Virus record (IMG/VR): IMGVR_UViG_3300013126_000010 | Location: 32,001-96,000 of that record | Length of the DNA: 64,000 nt | From: a virus | Strand: one strand, 5' to 3' | The notes under the pieces: model-generated | The model's input: only the letters and a program-made list of their open reading frames with translations | Database searches by the model: none | Told to the model about the DNA's origin: nothing | Program-made: the position numbers and the translations under genes | Part shown: positions 39,153 to 47,240 of the stretch, one piece after another | How positions within the stretch are numbered: the first letter of the stretch is position 1 | Layout of the letters: each line of letters starts with the position of its first letter

Positions 39153-42026
39153 TTATTTGAATGTAAATAAAGTGTCGAAAGTATTTTTCTTTGTTGTTGA
39201 TGCAATGTCGAAATCTAATACACCGATCAGGTTTTCTAATTTCTTGTCTACTATTGTTTCCTCCATTAAATCGTCATCGAACGGCATATCCTTAAACCAT
39301 TCTGGTAATCGCATTTCATCAATTGGGTATGCAACACTAGTAAAACCAAGAGGATTATTAGTTAATTTACATACTATCACTTTAAAACCATCAACAATAT
39401 TCATTGAATATTTGTCATTATGAATTTTTTTAAGCATATTCCAATTAATAGCAGCTCTAACATGCCCTGGCATATTAGCTTTACCTTTATCATCCTCTAT
39501 TTTCATGAATTTTCCGATATTATTAACTCGTTTCGGTGTCCCTTTTTCCCATCCTGGTCGTTTTCTAAATTCATCTCTGAATTCTCGAATACGATTTAAG
39601 ATAGTTTCATGATCAACATCCAGCAAAACATTTTCAAGTATTTCGGATAGAAAGTCTTGCATGTACTCAGGGGTATCTGCGCGTTTTAAATCTAATCCCA
39701 TTGCCTTGATTTCGCCTTCTTTTCCGTTTTTATCATAGCGTTTCCCTTCTTTGTCATAGTATAGCACTGCATAACGTTTTTTGGTAATGAAAAGAGCATT
39801 CGTACCAACAATTTCTCTACCAGCCCTTATAACATCACCTCTATTTTTTGGACAATTGAATGCATTGAACATAAAATCAGGGAATGTTTCATTTACCATT
39901 TCACCTATGTTATCGTATAATTCAACAACAAGGTTTTTATCCCATGGAATAGTTCCATTATCTATTTCTGGTTTAAACGTATCATACGCAGAAAAATATA
40001 CACTATCTGTATCATTATAGATGATAGATTTCCCCAAATAATCATAATTACCAGTTATAATTTGATTTACTTCTGCAGTCATATGTTTAACAATCTGTCT
40101 ACCAGTTAGTGTAGTTGATTGCCCAATTCGTTTATCAAAAAATCTACATCCACTATTAAGTATTGCACCATACAGTGAATTCAAGTTAATCTTTCTAATA
40201 TGCTGCGATTTATCCCAATATTCAATTAATCTGGTGACTTCAGCTTTATCATTGGCTAATATTTTTCCATTATCGATAGTTAAATCATATTTAACTATCA
40301 TATTTTGAAATTCTTCGGTTGAACCATTTTCTAATGTACTATAAAAAGTATCCCAATCAATATCTTTTACTGACATTTTTGTAGATGTGGTAGATAATGG
40401 TAAGATTATTTTATCTTTAAATCGTTCTGGTATTGAAATACCACCATCGAGATTAATGTAATTTTTAGTAATCTTTTGTTGAGATTTTCGTTCTGCATAC
40501 CATTTTTTCAATAATCCAGGAATTATACCTTCACGTTCATATGAAAACAATGTTCCATTGGCAGATAACATTAATTTATTTGACTTTGTATTAAAGATCA
40601 AATTATAAATTTCAGCGGCACTATGTTGGGTAGATTTACCATCTGTCCAATCAATGTATAACATAGTGCCTTTATCTTGTTTCATTACAAAGTCATATTC
40701 CAATGAGGCAAATATACCTTCCCATGCAGCAGCAAATGAATGACCGTCTTTTAATTTAGAATTAATATAATTATCAGTATATTCTTGTCGTATTTGACCA
40801 ATGATGGACTCTGGTCCCATGTTTAATGCACGAATGGTACTTGGGTACAGTGAGTTGATGTCAAGAGAACCGATCCATTTATGCAATCCTTTTCGTGGGT
40901 ATGCAACATATGCCCCTGCAGCTTGCGTAGATTCGCTCTCAGGGATTCTTTTACGGGATGGCACCCGTAGCCCTAGTTCATGTGCTTCGTTGATTATAGC
41001 CTGTTCTGTGACGGCTACAGCCCCCATTGTGGTTTGTAATAAAACAGTATTGGTGTGTGCAAGTGCATTGGCAGTATTAATGAATTTCAGTTTTACATCC
41101 AATTTATTCAATAATGCAACGTCTTGTCGATTGTATATAACAAATGTTCTAAAGTCATTGTTATATAATTGATCTAATGTTCCTTCATATACAGTTTTAC
41201 TTTCATTAACTTCTAATTGTCCAATGAAATCTAATCGATATGATGATTGTTCTTCATAAGTGTATTTTTGATACAATTCCAAATAGTCTAAATGAACCCT
41301 ACCAAATAGGTCATAAGTAACTGATGTTTTTCCAAATTTTTCATATTCACGTGCTCTGGGCAATAAATCCCATAAACAAAATCTCCTTGATTCATCATTC
41401 GATAATGTCATTTTGACTCTGTTTACAGTATATGGAATATCATAGCCAGTACTGTTCCAGCCAGATAATACATCAGCATCCTCAATCAGATCAAGAAAAT
41501 TTAATAATAATTCTCTTTCATTTCTACAAATGATAGTATTTGGTAAATCTTTTACTAACTCTTCTGCTTGTTCAAATGTTATTGTTTTTGGTGGGACTGC
41601 TAGAGTAACTAATGTATCCAACCATTGTAAATGCAGAGAAACAGCTGTAATAGGCATGAAGGCATCGGCAGTACTTGAATAACCAAGCTCTGGATCAAAA
41701 TCCACCTCGATGTCGAAAAAGCAGACATTTAATATTGGTGGTTCTGCATGCATATAATTTTCACTCAAACATACAAATGTTTGGTTTAAATCTGATTCAT
41801 ATACTTTTTTATTTTGGTGGAGTTTCAGGTTTTTTTGAAACTCCTTATATGACTTTGACCTTATAGGTATAAGGGGTTCGTTATATATTGATCGGTGTGT
41901 TCCTGATGGGCTAGGAACAAAGAATTGGTACGTTGCAGGGTAATCAATAAACTTACGTCTACCATTTTTACGTTCTACAACATGCACCATATTCCCATCT
42001 TTATTAAAATGAGCGTCTACGTACAT
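39153..42026 (-). CDS. gp43: family B DNA polymerase (T4 gp43-like)
   Basis: ExoI FFDIEVD, ExoII GWNSTGYDIPY, ExoIII YNRQD; motifs A SLDINSLYPS, B KINLNSLYG, C YNDTDS. ATG at 42026 has an AGGAG SD. Confidence 0.97.
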   Translation of the reverse strand: MYVDAHFNKDGNMVHVVERKNGRRKFIDYPATYQFFVPSPSGTHRSIYNEPLIPIRSKSYKEFQKNLKLHQNKKVYESDLNQTFVCLSENYMHAEPPILNVCFFDIEVDFDPELGYSSTADAFMPITAVSLHLQWLDTLVTLAVPPKTITFEQAEELVKDLPNTIICRNERELLLNFLDLIEDADVLSGWNSTGYDIPYTVNRVKMTLSNDESRRFCLWDLLPRAREYEKFGKTSVTYDLFGRVHLDYLELYQKYTYEEQSSYRLDFIGQLEVNESKTVYEGTLDQLYNNDFRTFVIYNRQDVALLNKLDVKLKFINTANALAHTNTVLLQTTMGAVAVTEQAIINEAHELGLRVPSRKRIPESESTQAAGAYVAYPRKGLHKWIGSLDINSLYPSTIRALNMGPESIIGQIRQEYTDNYINSKLKDGHSFAAAWEGIFASLEYDFVMKQDKGTMLYIDWTDGKSTQHSAAEIYNLIFNTKSNKLMLSANGTLFSYEREGIIPGLLKKWYAERKSQQKITKNYINLDGGISIPERFKDKIILPLSTTSTKMSVKDIDWDTFYSTLENGSTEEFQNMIVKYDLTIDNGKILANDKAEVTRLIEYWDKSQHIRKINLNSLYGAILNSGCRFFDKRIGQSTTLTGRQIVKHMTAEVNQIITGNYDYLGKSIIYNDTDSVYFSAYDTFKPEIDNGTIPWDKNLVVELYDNIGEMVNETFPDFMFNAFNCPKNRGDVIRAGREIVGTNALFITKKRYAVLYYDKEGKRYDKNGKEGEIKAMGLDLKRADTPEYMQDFLSEILENVLLDVDHETILNRIREFRDEFRKRPGWEKGTPKRVNNIGKFMKIEDDKGKANMPGHVRAAINWNMLKKIHNDKYSMNIVDGFKVIVCKLTNNPLGFTSVAYPIDEMRLPEWFKDMPFDDDLMEETIVDKKLENLIGVLDFDIASTTKKNTFDTLFTFK

Positions 42027-42076
42027 ATTTCTCCTACAGTTCTTCGGGCGACTGTTAACCAAATTACATAGATTAA

Positions 42077-42331
42077 TTAAATATTATTAATTAATCCAAT
42101 GACCACTAAAGACATTATAACTGAGTATATTAGTAAGAATATACTAATATATTTCCACATACTTATAATACTATTTTTGTGGTCGATAAGATATTTGTTG
42201 ACATTAATCTGATTATTTAAGATTTGAATCTCTAATAATAATTGTTTATTCTCAAATTCAAGATCTTGTTGGGTATTATCAGATGTTTTTAGTAATGTCC
42301 AGAATTGCTTCAACTTCTTGGAAATCTTCAT
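42077..42331 (-). CDS. putative coiled-coil protein with C-terminal transmembrane anchor
   Basis: Fills the gap before the polymerase; ends in hydrophobic WKYISIFLLIYSVIMSLVVIGLI; overlaps the upstream gene by 53 nt. Confidence 0.4.
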   Translation of the reverse strand: MKISKKLKQFWTLLKTSDNTQQDLEFENKQLLLEIQILNNQINVNKYLIDHKNSIISMWKYISIFLLIYSVIMSLVVIGLINNI

Positions 42332-42539
42332 TGTATTGTTCCCATTGACCTTTGTGTGCAATTTTTATTGCTTTATTGATAATAGCTGGTTTAATTTGTA
42401 GTTCTTCAGCCATTGCTTTTACTGTTTCTGATAATCCTTCTTTTAGATCATCGATTTCTCGCATAACTACTGAACCTTCACTGATAAGTTTTTCTAGTTT
42501 AGCTTTTTCTTCTGGACCGTAAATTCTTGATGATGACAT
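42279..42539 (-). CDS. small dsDNA-binding protein (T4 DsbA / GapR-like)
   Basis: Helical ..VMREIDDLKEGLSETVKAMAEELQIKPAIINKAIKIAHK pattern; AGGAG SD. Confidence 0.6.
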   Translation of the reverse strand: MSSSRIYGPEEKAKLEKLISEGSVVMREIDDLKEGLSETVKAMAEELQIKPAIINKAIKIAHKGQWEQYNEDFQEVEAILDITKNI

Positions 42540-42568
42540 ATTTTCTCCTATTAAAGATATATTTACTG

Positions 42569-42597
42569 TTTACAAAAATGTAGTAATGTGTTATTAT
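42569..42597 (+). promoter_or_regulatory. sigma70-type early promoter
   Basis: TTTACA-17 nt-TATTAT with a TGn extended -10, upstream of ORF 42627. Confidence 0.6.
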
Positions 42598-42626
42598 AGT
42601 GTTAACCTTAATAATTTACCACTACT

Positions 42627-42965
42627 ATGAAATCACTACTCTTTGTGTTGATAATTTTAGCAAGTTTTTCTGTGAATGCAAATGAAGCATATGGAACCTA
42701 TGTTGATGACCCAACGAAACCATTTGATGCTACTAATGTTAGGCATGAAACGGTTTCTATAACATGGGTTCGAGTCGCACCTTCGAATATTAATTCTGCA
42801 TGCGCAGTGGAATCAAAAAAACGTGGTTATACCCCTATTAAATATAATAAAGATGCATGTTCGTTTTGGGATGGGACAGAATGTACTATTATTACTGGAA
42901 ACAATACAACGATGCATACAACTGGGCATGAATTTCGCCATTGTTTCCAGGGTTCATGGCATTAA
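42627..42965 (+). CDS. secreted small protein with HEXXH zinc-binding motif
   Basis: Signal peptide MKSLLFVLIILASFSVNA; 4 Cys; C-terminal GHEFRHCF. Confidence 0.75.
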   Translation: MKSLLFVLIILASFSVNANEAYGTYVDDPTKPFDATNVRHETVSITWVRVAPSNINSACAVESKKRGYTPIKYNKDACSFWDGTECTIITGNNTTMHTTGHEFRHCFQGSWH

Positions 42966-43864
42966 TCTTTGCCGTACATTGCGTAATATGGTTCTAGTAG
43001 TTTAGCCAATTCTGGTTGATATTCTATATTTTTTTCCAGATCAAACGCTAATGCGTTTAATTCCATTTCTTCTGCTCTAGTGAAATTAGATGTAGCTGGG
43101 TTAGTAACCTTTTTGATAGCTGATCCAGTGGCTGCGGTATTAGAATTAGTAGCCTGTTTGGTAGTTGAGCCTGCTCCTGTAGTATTATTTTGGGATGGTT
43201 TATTACCACCGCTTGCCATTGCACTACTGCCATTATCAGTTGATGCGTTACTTAAATATTTTTTCCCAGCAGCAACCAATGCAATTGCTGACCCACCAAT
43301 TGCGGCTGATCCTAATATAGAAGAAATCCCAGGAATTTTCTTTAATTCGGCTGCAGCAACTTCTGGATTTGCATTTTGTAATGCTTTTTGGATAGGAACT
43401 AATGCTGTTGATTTTGATACTAATTCCCCAGGAATATCAGCCAATGGTGGCGCTGATGATCCAATTGGGTTGTTTTTAGGGATATATTCTCCTTCAATGG
43501 GTTTTGGAGATATACTTGACCCAGTTTTCGGTACACCAGCTGGATTGTTATGCAATTGTTTTACCAGTGCGGTTCCTTTACTCAAATCACCAATATTATT
43601 AGCTACTGATCCAATTGAGGATTTTGGATTTGCGGTTTTTGACGCATATGCGGCATTTTTTGGTAATAATTCAATTTGCTTTGGTGATAATTGCTGTCCT
43701 ATAGAAGAAAAATAACTTTTAACATCATTGATTATTTCTTCTGCAGACTTGCCATTACGTGCCGCAGCAGTAATTGCTTTTTGCAATTGTATAGCATTAA
43801 CCTCAGTGATGTATTGTTCCGAGACAATGGTTTGATATTTTTTCATTTCTTGTATCATATTCAT
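42962..43864 (-). CDS. putative internal head/ejected protein
   Basis: Propeptide-like N-terminus (MKKYQTIVSEQYITE); Ala/Gly/Ser/Pro-rich; hydrophobic ILGSAAIGGSAIALVAAG helix. Confidence 0.55.
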   Translation of the reverse strand: MNMIQEMKKYQTIVSEQYITEVNAIQLQKAITAAARNGKSAEEIINDVKSYFSSIGQQLSPKQIELLPKNAAYASKTANPKSSIGSVANNIGDLSKGTALVKQLHNNPAGVPKTGSSISPKPIEGEYIPKNNPIGSSAPPLADIPGELVSKSTALVPIQKALQNANPEVAAAELKKIPGISSILGSAAIGGSAIALVAAGKKYLSNASTDNGSSAMASGGNKPSQNNTTGAGSTTKQATNSNTAATGSAIKKVTNPATSNFTRAEEMELNALAFDLEKNIEYQPELAKLLEPYYAMYGKD

Positions 43865-43866
43865 AA

Positions 43867-44454
43867 TTATTCTTGCCCTATTAATTCATACTGTACCATT
43901 AAGTTATACAGATCTTCGGTATAAATTCCATCCACTTCAATGTCTGCGCCCATGTTATTTAATTCGGATTGAACTGCCGCGATATCAGCATTATATTCTT
44001 GTGAATTATACTCAGGTGACTGTTCTGGCGCATCTTGTTTATTATTAAAAAAACGGGTGATAGCTTGCATAACCTCTTCTCTATTTTCATATAATAAACT
44101 GAATAGGTCATACAATCCAGCAATAGCAGCAGTCTGTGGGATCACATATCCTATCGCAGTTAATGCATGTATAATTGCTGATTTATATTCGCCATTTTGA
44201 TAATCGGTAAATGCATCTTTTCCTAATTCTCCTGCGCGAATGAATGAAAATATCTTAGAAAAAAATTTAGCCGCGCCATCACCGATCATTGCCATCATGG
44301 GTGATGATATTTTATTTCCTATCGCAGCAGTAGCACTTCCAATTATTGCGGTGTTACCAGACGTTGATTTTACATCATCAACAGATAATTCATACAATGG
44401 AATGCCGGATTCTAACAATCTTATTGTGTCGAGTGTGTGTTTTATATGATTCAT
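43867..44454 (-). CDS. putative virion protein with C-terminal peptidoglycan-binding-like domain
   Basis: IAAVQSELNNMGADIEVDGIYTEDL resembles PG_binding_1 (VxxLQxxL..G..l.vDG.yG); central amphipathic/hydrophobic helices. Confidence 0.55.
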   Translation of the reverse strand: MNHIKHTLDTIRLLESGIPLYELSVDDVKSTSGNTAIIGSATAAIGNKISSPMMAMIGDGAAKFFSKIFSFIRAGELGKDAFTDYQNGEYKSAIIHALTAIGYVIPQTAAIAGLYDLFSLLYENREEVMQAITRFFNNKQDAPEQSPEYNSQEYNADIAAVQSELNNMGADIEVDGIYTEDLYNLMVQYELIGQE

Positions 44455-45182
44455 GACGGCTTATTCAAAAAACCAATAATTTCACGCTTTGTTTGCATAT
44501 CAGTAGTATTAAACATTTTTTTAGTTTCCGCGTCCAACATATCATCTACACCCATATCCATTCCACCTAATTTACCAAGTATTGATGTATTTTTATCTTT
44601 TAAAAATTGTTTCAACTTTATTTTTTTATCTTGTGGCAGTGCATTAAATGCCGCTGCTAATTTATCTGGTGTTGAGTTTAGCGACAATGCTGCTTTTTGT
44701 GTGGTAACGGCTGGAGTAATATTATTAGGTTTAGCTGCTTGTCCACTCTGCCCATTATTTGCTGGCACTGCTTGAGGTTGCATAGCAGGAGTTGTTCCTT
44801 TATTAGCTATGTCAGGTACATCATCTGCTGGTACAACGCGAGGTTGGGTGGCTGGAGTTTGTGTAGAAGGAGCAGTTGCAGGAGTAGCTGCTTTTGCACT
44901 TTGTCCTTTATTTTGAGTAGGAGCAGGCGATGTTGTTTTATTAGGAGCAGATGAAGTTTTTCCATGTGCTGCTTGCGCTTTTGACATAAGCTGTTTAAAT
45001 CTAGCTATTTTTTGTGGAGTAGCAGTAAAAATAGGATGACCAGTTTGAACTGATGGTGATCCTGATGCAACAGGAGCTGCGGCAGATTTGTTGATTTCAT
45101 CCTGTGATGGTATATAATCTCCATGATCATCTTCAAATAATCCAAAAGATTCCAATAACTGTTGAGCAATGCCTTTTTTCAT
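44451..45182 (-). CDS. low-complexity (Pro/Ala/Thr/Gln) putative internal head protein
   Basis: N-terminus MKKGIAQQLLESFGLFE, long disordered linker, helical C-terminal domain. Confidence 0.55.
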   Translation of the reverse strand: MKKGIAQQLLESFGLFEDDHGDYIPSQDEINKSAAAPVASGSPSVQTGHPIFTATPQKIARFKQLMSKAQAAHGKTSSAPNKTTSPAPTQNKGQSAKAATPATAPSTQTPATQPRVVPADDVPDIANKGTTPAMQPQAVPANNGQSGQAAKPNNITPAVTTQKAALSLNSTPDKLAAAFNALPQDKKIKLKQFLKDKNTSILGKLGGMDMGVDDMLDAETKKMFNTTDMQTKREIIGFLNKPS

Positions 45183-45203
45183 GATATATCCTATTTAATT
45201 TGT

Positions 45204-45289
45204 GCTACATTTTATATAATGAGGGTAGCGGGTCATTATATCGGCTGTAGCTACCGTGCGCCCTAACGTAACAGTCCCAGGCTAAATGT
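45204..45289. ncRNA. candidate structured RNA/DNA element with pseudoknot topology (class unknown)
   Basis: 34 of 60 nt are G/C at 45221-45280 in an AT-rich genome. Helices: ATATAATGA/TCATTATAT, loop GGTAGC with GCTACC, and GGCTGT/ACAGTC. Confidence 0.5.
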
Positions 45290-45755
45290 GTTCAGGTGGT
45301 GGTAATTGTTCTTGTTCACCTACAATAGCATCATATTGATCCATTGTTAAAGTTTCACCATCTTTGCTGAATTCTATTAATTTTTCTGCAACATTATGAA
45401 GATCCATATCTGTTTGTGCATCTTCTTTTGCGTATTCTAATAATCTGATTAATAACGGAACATCCATTGATACAATATCAACTGGATTAGATTCATCTTT
45501 CAAAAAGTGTTTTGCACCATGTCTAGAAGTTCGTCTTACACTTTTTTTCAAACCATGGGTACGTTTTAAATCTCTGGATAATGAAGAACTACGACCAGTA
45601 TGATGAAAACCAATTTTTTCATTCATCGAGTTTTCTTCCAAAATGATTGACATATATTTTGACAATTCATTGGAAGTTGATTCTGATAATATTTCAGTAG
45701 ATTTAATCTCTGAATCTAAATTATCAATCACTGACAATAATTTCTTCATTTCCAT
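45282..45755 (-). CDS. putative internal head protein
   Basis: Several LxE/ILE motifs in the N-terminus; C-terminal DIVSMDVPLLIRLLEYAKEDAQTDMDLH core. Confidence 0.6.
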   Translation of the reverse strand: MEMKKLLSVIDNLDSEIKSTEILSESTSNELSKYMSIILEENSMNEKIGFHHTGRSSSLSRDLKRTHGLKKSVRRTSRHGAKHFLKDESNPVDIVSMDVPLLIRLLEYAKEDAQTDMDLHNVAEKLIEFSKDGETLTMDQYDAIVGEQEQLPPPEHI

Positions 45756-45758
45756 TAT

Positions 45759-46619
45759 TTATCCTTTTTTAGCTTGCTGTTTCCACATTGCGGAAGCGGC
45801 GATAGCAGTTGGATTTGATGCTCCAGATTTTTTAGCAGCTTTTTCTACCTTTGAAAATCCTTTTCCTTTCTTACCGATGTCTTCACCAGCTTTTGCTTTT
45901 TTCACCACAGTTGATTTTTCTTTTTTTGTCATTCCTGCACTTGGTTTCGCTTTTTCAGCCAAAGATTCAGTTGCACGTTTTAATGGACCTAATCCCATTG
46001 TCTCAAAACCACCTGCACGAGCTTTTTCCATTTTTGCATCATGAATTAATGCTTTCCATTTATCTCTTACAGATTTTGGGTCGCCTTTTATATCTTTGAA
46101 TCCACTATTTGGTTCACCGATAATCATCATGAATGACCCTAAATTCAATAACTCTAATTTACCAAATTTTGGATGGTGGACATCAACATACTTGGTACCA
46201 AGATATGGACCTTCATCTAATCGTGTATCACATGATTCATTACATTGTGAGCAGTCTTCGGTGCATGCATTTTTTACTTCTTTTTTAACAGCTTTCTTTT
46301 TAGCATGTTTTAAATTAGCTTTAGCTTCCATTAGTTTTTGTTGATATTTTGTTTGCAAATGTTCTGCATAAATATCAGCATTATCTAAATGATCACCAAA
46401 TTCTGATTTTTTGATATCAAATTCCATAAAATGATATACACTTGCAATATAATCAGCTGCTTTAGTAATTTTTGCTTGAACCCATGCTGGTAATTCTTGA
46501 CCATCATGAATCATTTTTATTAATTTTAAACTATACTTGCCGGTTTTATATAAATCAGCACGTGCCATAGGTGCATCATCACTAAAATCTTCCATAGGTT
46601 GGTTATTATCTAAATTCAT
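45759..46619 (-). CDS. putative head core/internal protein
   Basis: MARADLYKTGKYSLKL...LPAWVQAKITKAADYIASVYHFME; Lys-rich segments separated by LxE motifs. Confidence 0.6.
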   Translation of the reverse strand: MNLDNNQPMEDFSDDAPMARADLYKTGKYSLKLIKMIHDGQELPAWVQAKITKAADYIASVYHFMEFDIKKSEFGDHLDNADIYAEHLQTKYQQKLMEAKANLKHAKKKAVKKEVKNACTEDCSQCNESCDTRLDEGPYLGTKYVDVHHPKFGKLELLNLGSFMMIIGEPNSGFKDIKGDPKSVRDKWKALIHDAKMEKARAGGFETMGLGPLKRATESLAEKAKPSAGMTKKEKSTVVKKAKAGEDIGKKGKGFSKVEKAAKKSGASNPTAIAASAMWKQQAKKG

Positions 46620-46636
46620 TATTATCTCCGTTTTAT

Positions 46637-46643
46637 TATTTAT
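46637..46643 (-). promoter_or_regulatory. late promoter-like ATAAATA
   Basis: Intergenic, directly upstream of the GGAG SD of ORF 45759-46619. Confidence 0.5.
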
Positions 46644-46644
46644 G

Positions 46645-46989
46645 CTAAAAGCCCAAAGATTTTTTTATGCGCTGCGACAATGATGGTTGCGCAATAACTT
46701 TCACTGGTTTTAATAGTGCTTGTTTTTTTACTATCTTTTGTGAACGATCAATACCTTTTTCACGTTTATCTCTTTTTGCAAAATCAGCATCACCTTGAGA
46801 TTCATCACCTTCATTGTCAAAATCGCCATTCCATGTATTATGAATTTTTCTATTACCTTCATCATCATGTTCTTTAGCATCTTTAGCTGCTTTTGATCTA
46901 TATCTTACATGGGTATTATTACTTAATTCGGTTAACCCATCTTTATCCATCCATTCATGTAATAATTGTGTTAAATGTTTTTTGCTCAT
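46645..46989 (-). CDS. putative internal head protein
   Basis: QLLHE...GLTELSNNTHVRYRSKAA; highly charged. Confidence 0.6.
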   Translation of the reverse strand: MSKKHLTQLLHEWMDKDGLTELSNNTHVRYRSKAAKDAKEHDDEGNRKIHNTWNGDFDNEGDESQGDADFAKRDKREKGIDRSQKIVKKQALLKPVKVIAQPSLSQRIKKSLGF

Positions 46990-46990
46990 A

Positions 46991-47236
46991 TTATGCTCTC
47001 TTAACTACTGATCCAAATAGATTATTTGAATCTAATCCATTATCCGTTGGTTTTTGTTTTTTTGGTTTAGGCTGTGCCGGTGATTTGGTACCAGACCCAG
47101 TTGCAATTGAACCGGTGTATGATTTGTTACCACGAGCAGATCCAGGAGATATATGTGGATTTGGACTAACCGCTATACTGCCTGCACTAGTAGAACCAAC
47201 TGTCGCTGTCTCTGAAATTATTTCCCATGTTTTCAT
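46991..47236 (-). CDS. putative internal head protein with capsid-targeting-sequence-like N-terminus
   Basis: MKTWEIISE resembles the T4 IP targeting sequence MKTYQEFIAE; the rest is Gly/Ser/Pro/Lys-rich. Confidence 0.6.
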   Translation of the reverse strand: MKTWEIISETATVGSTSAGSIAVSPNPHISPGSARGNKSYTGSIATGSGTKSPAQPKPKKQKPTDNGLDSNNLFGSVVKRA

Positions 47237-47240
47237 TATA

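Noticed and set aside
40240-40470. Possible intein in the polymerase fingers
   Set aside because: There is no Cys/Ser start, no His-Asn end before Cys/Ser/Thr and no LAGLIDADG motif; long fingers are known in T4/RB69 polymerases.
42077-42539. Programmed frameshift fusing the dsDNA-binding protein to the membrane-anchor ORF
   Set aside because: It would need a +1 shift, and there is no recognised +1 shift site; the AAAAAC run is not a complete -1 slippery heptamer and is the wrong direction.
43080-43715. 211-aa plus-strand ORF
   Set aside because: It is the antisense frame of the Ala/Gly/Ser-rich gene 42962-43864 and lacks an RBS or promoter; such genes commonly leave the opposite frame open.
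45204-45289. Assignment of the structured element to twister, pistol, HDV-like, preQ1-I or SAM-II classes
   Set aside because: Partial resemblances exist (GAGGG and UCCCAGGC; UUAGGG; GCUAC...UAUAAAA; AAAUGUAGC), but required helices or conserved residues could not be placed by hand, so it is left unclassified.
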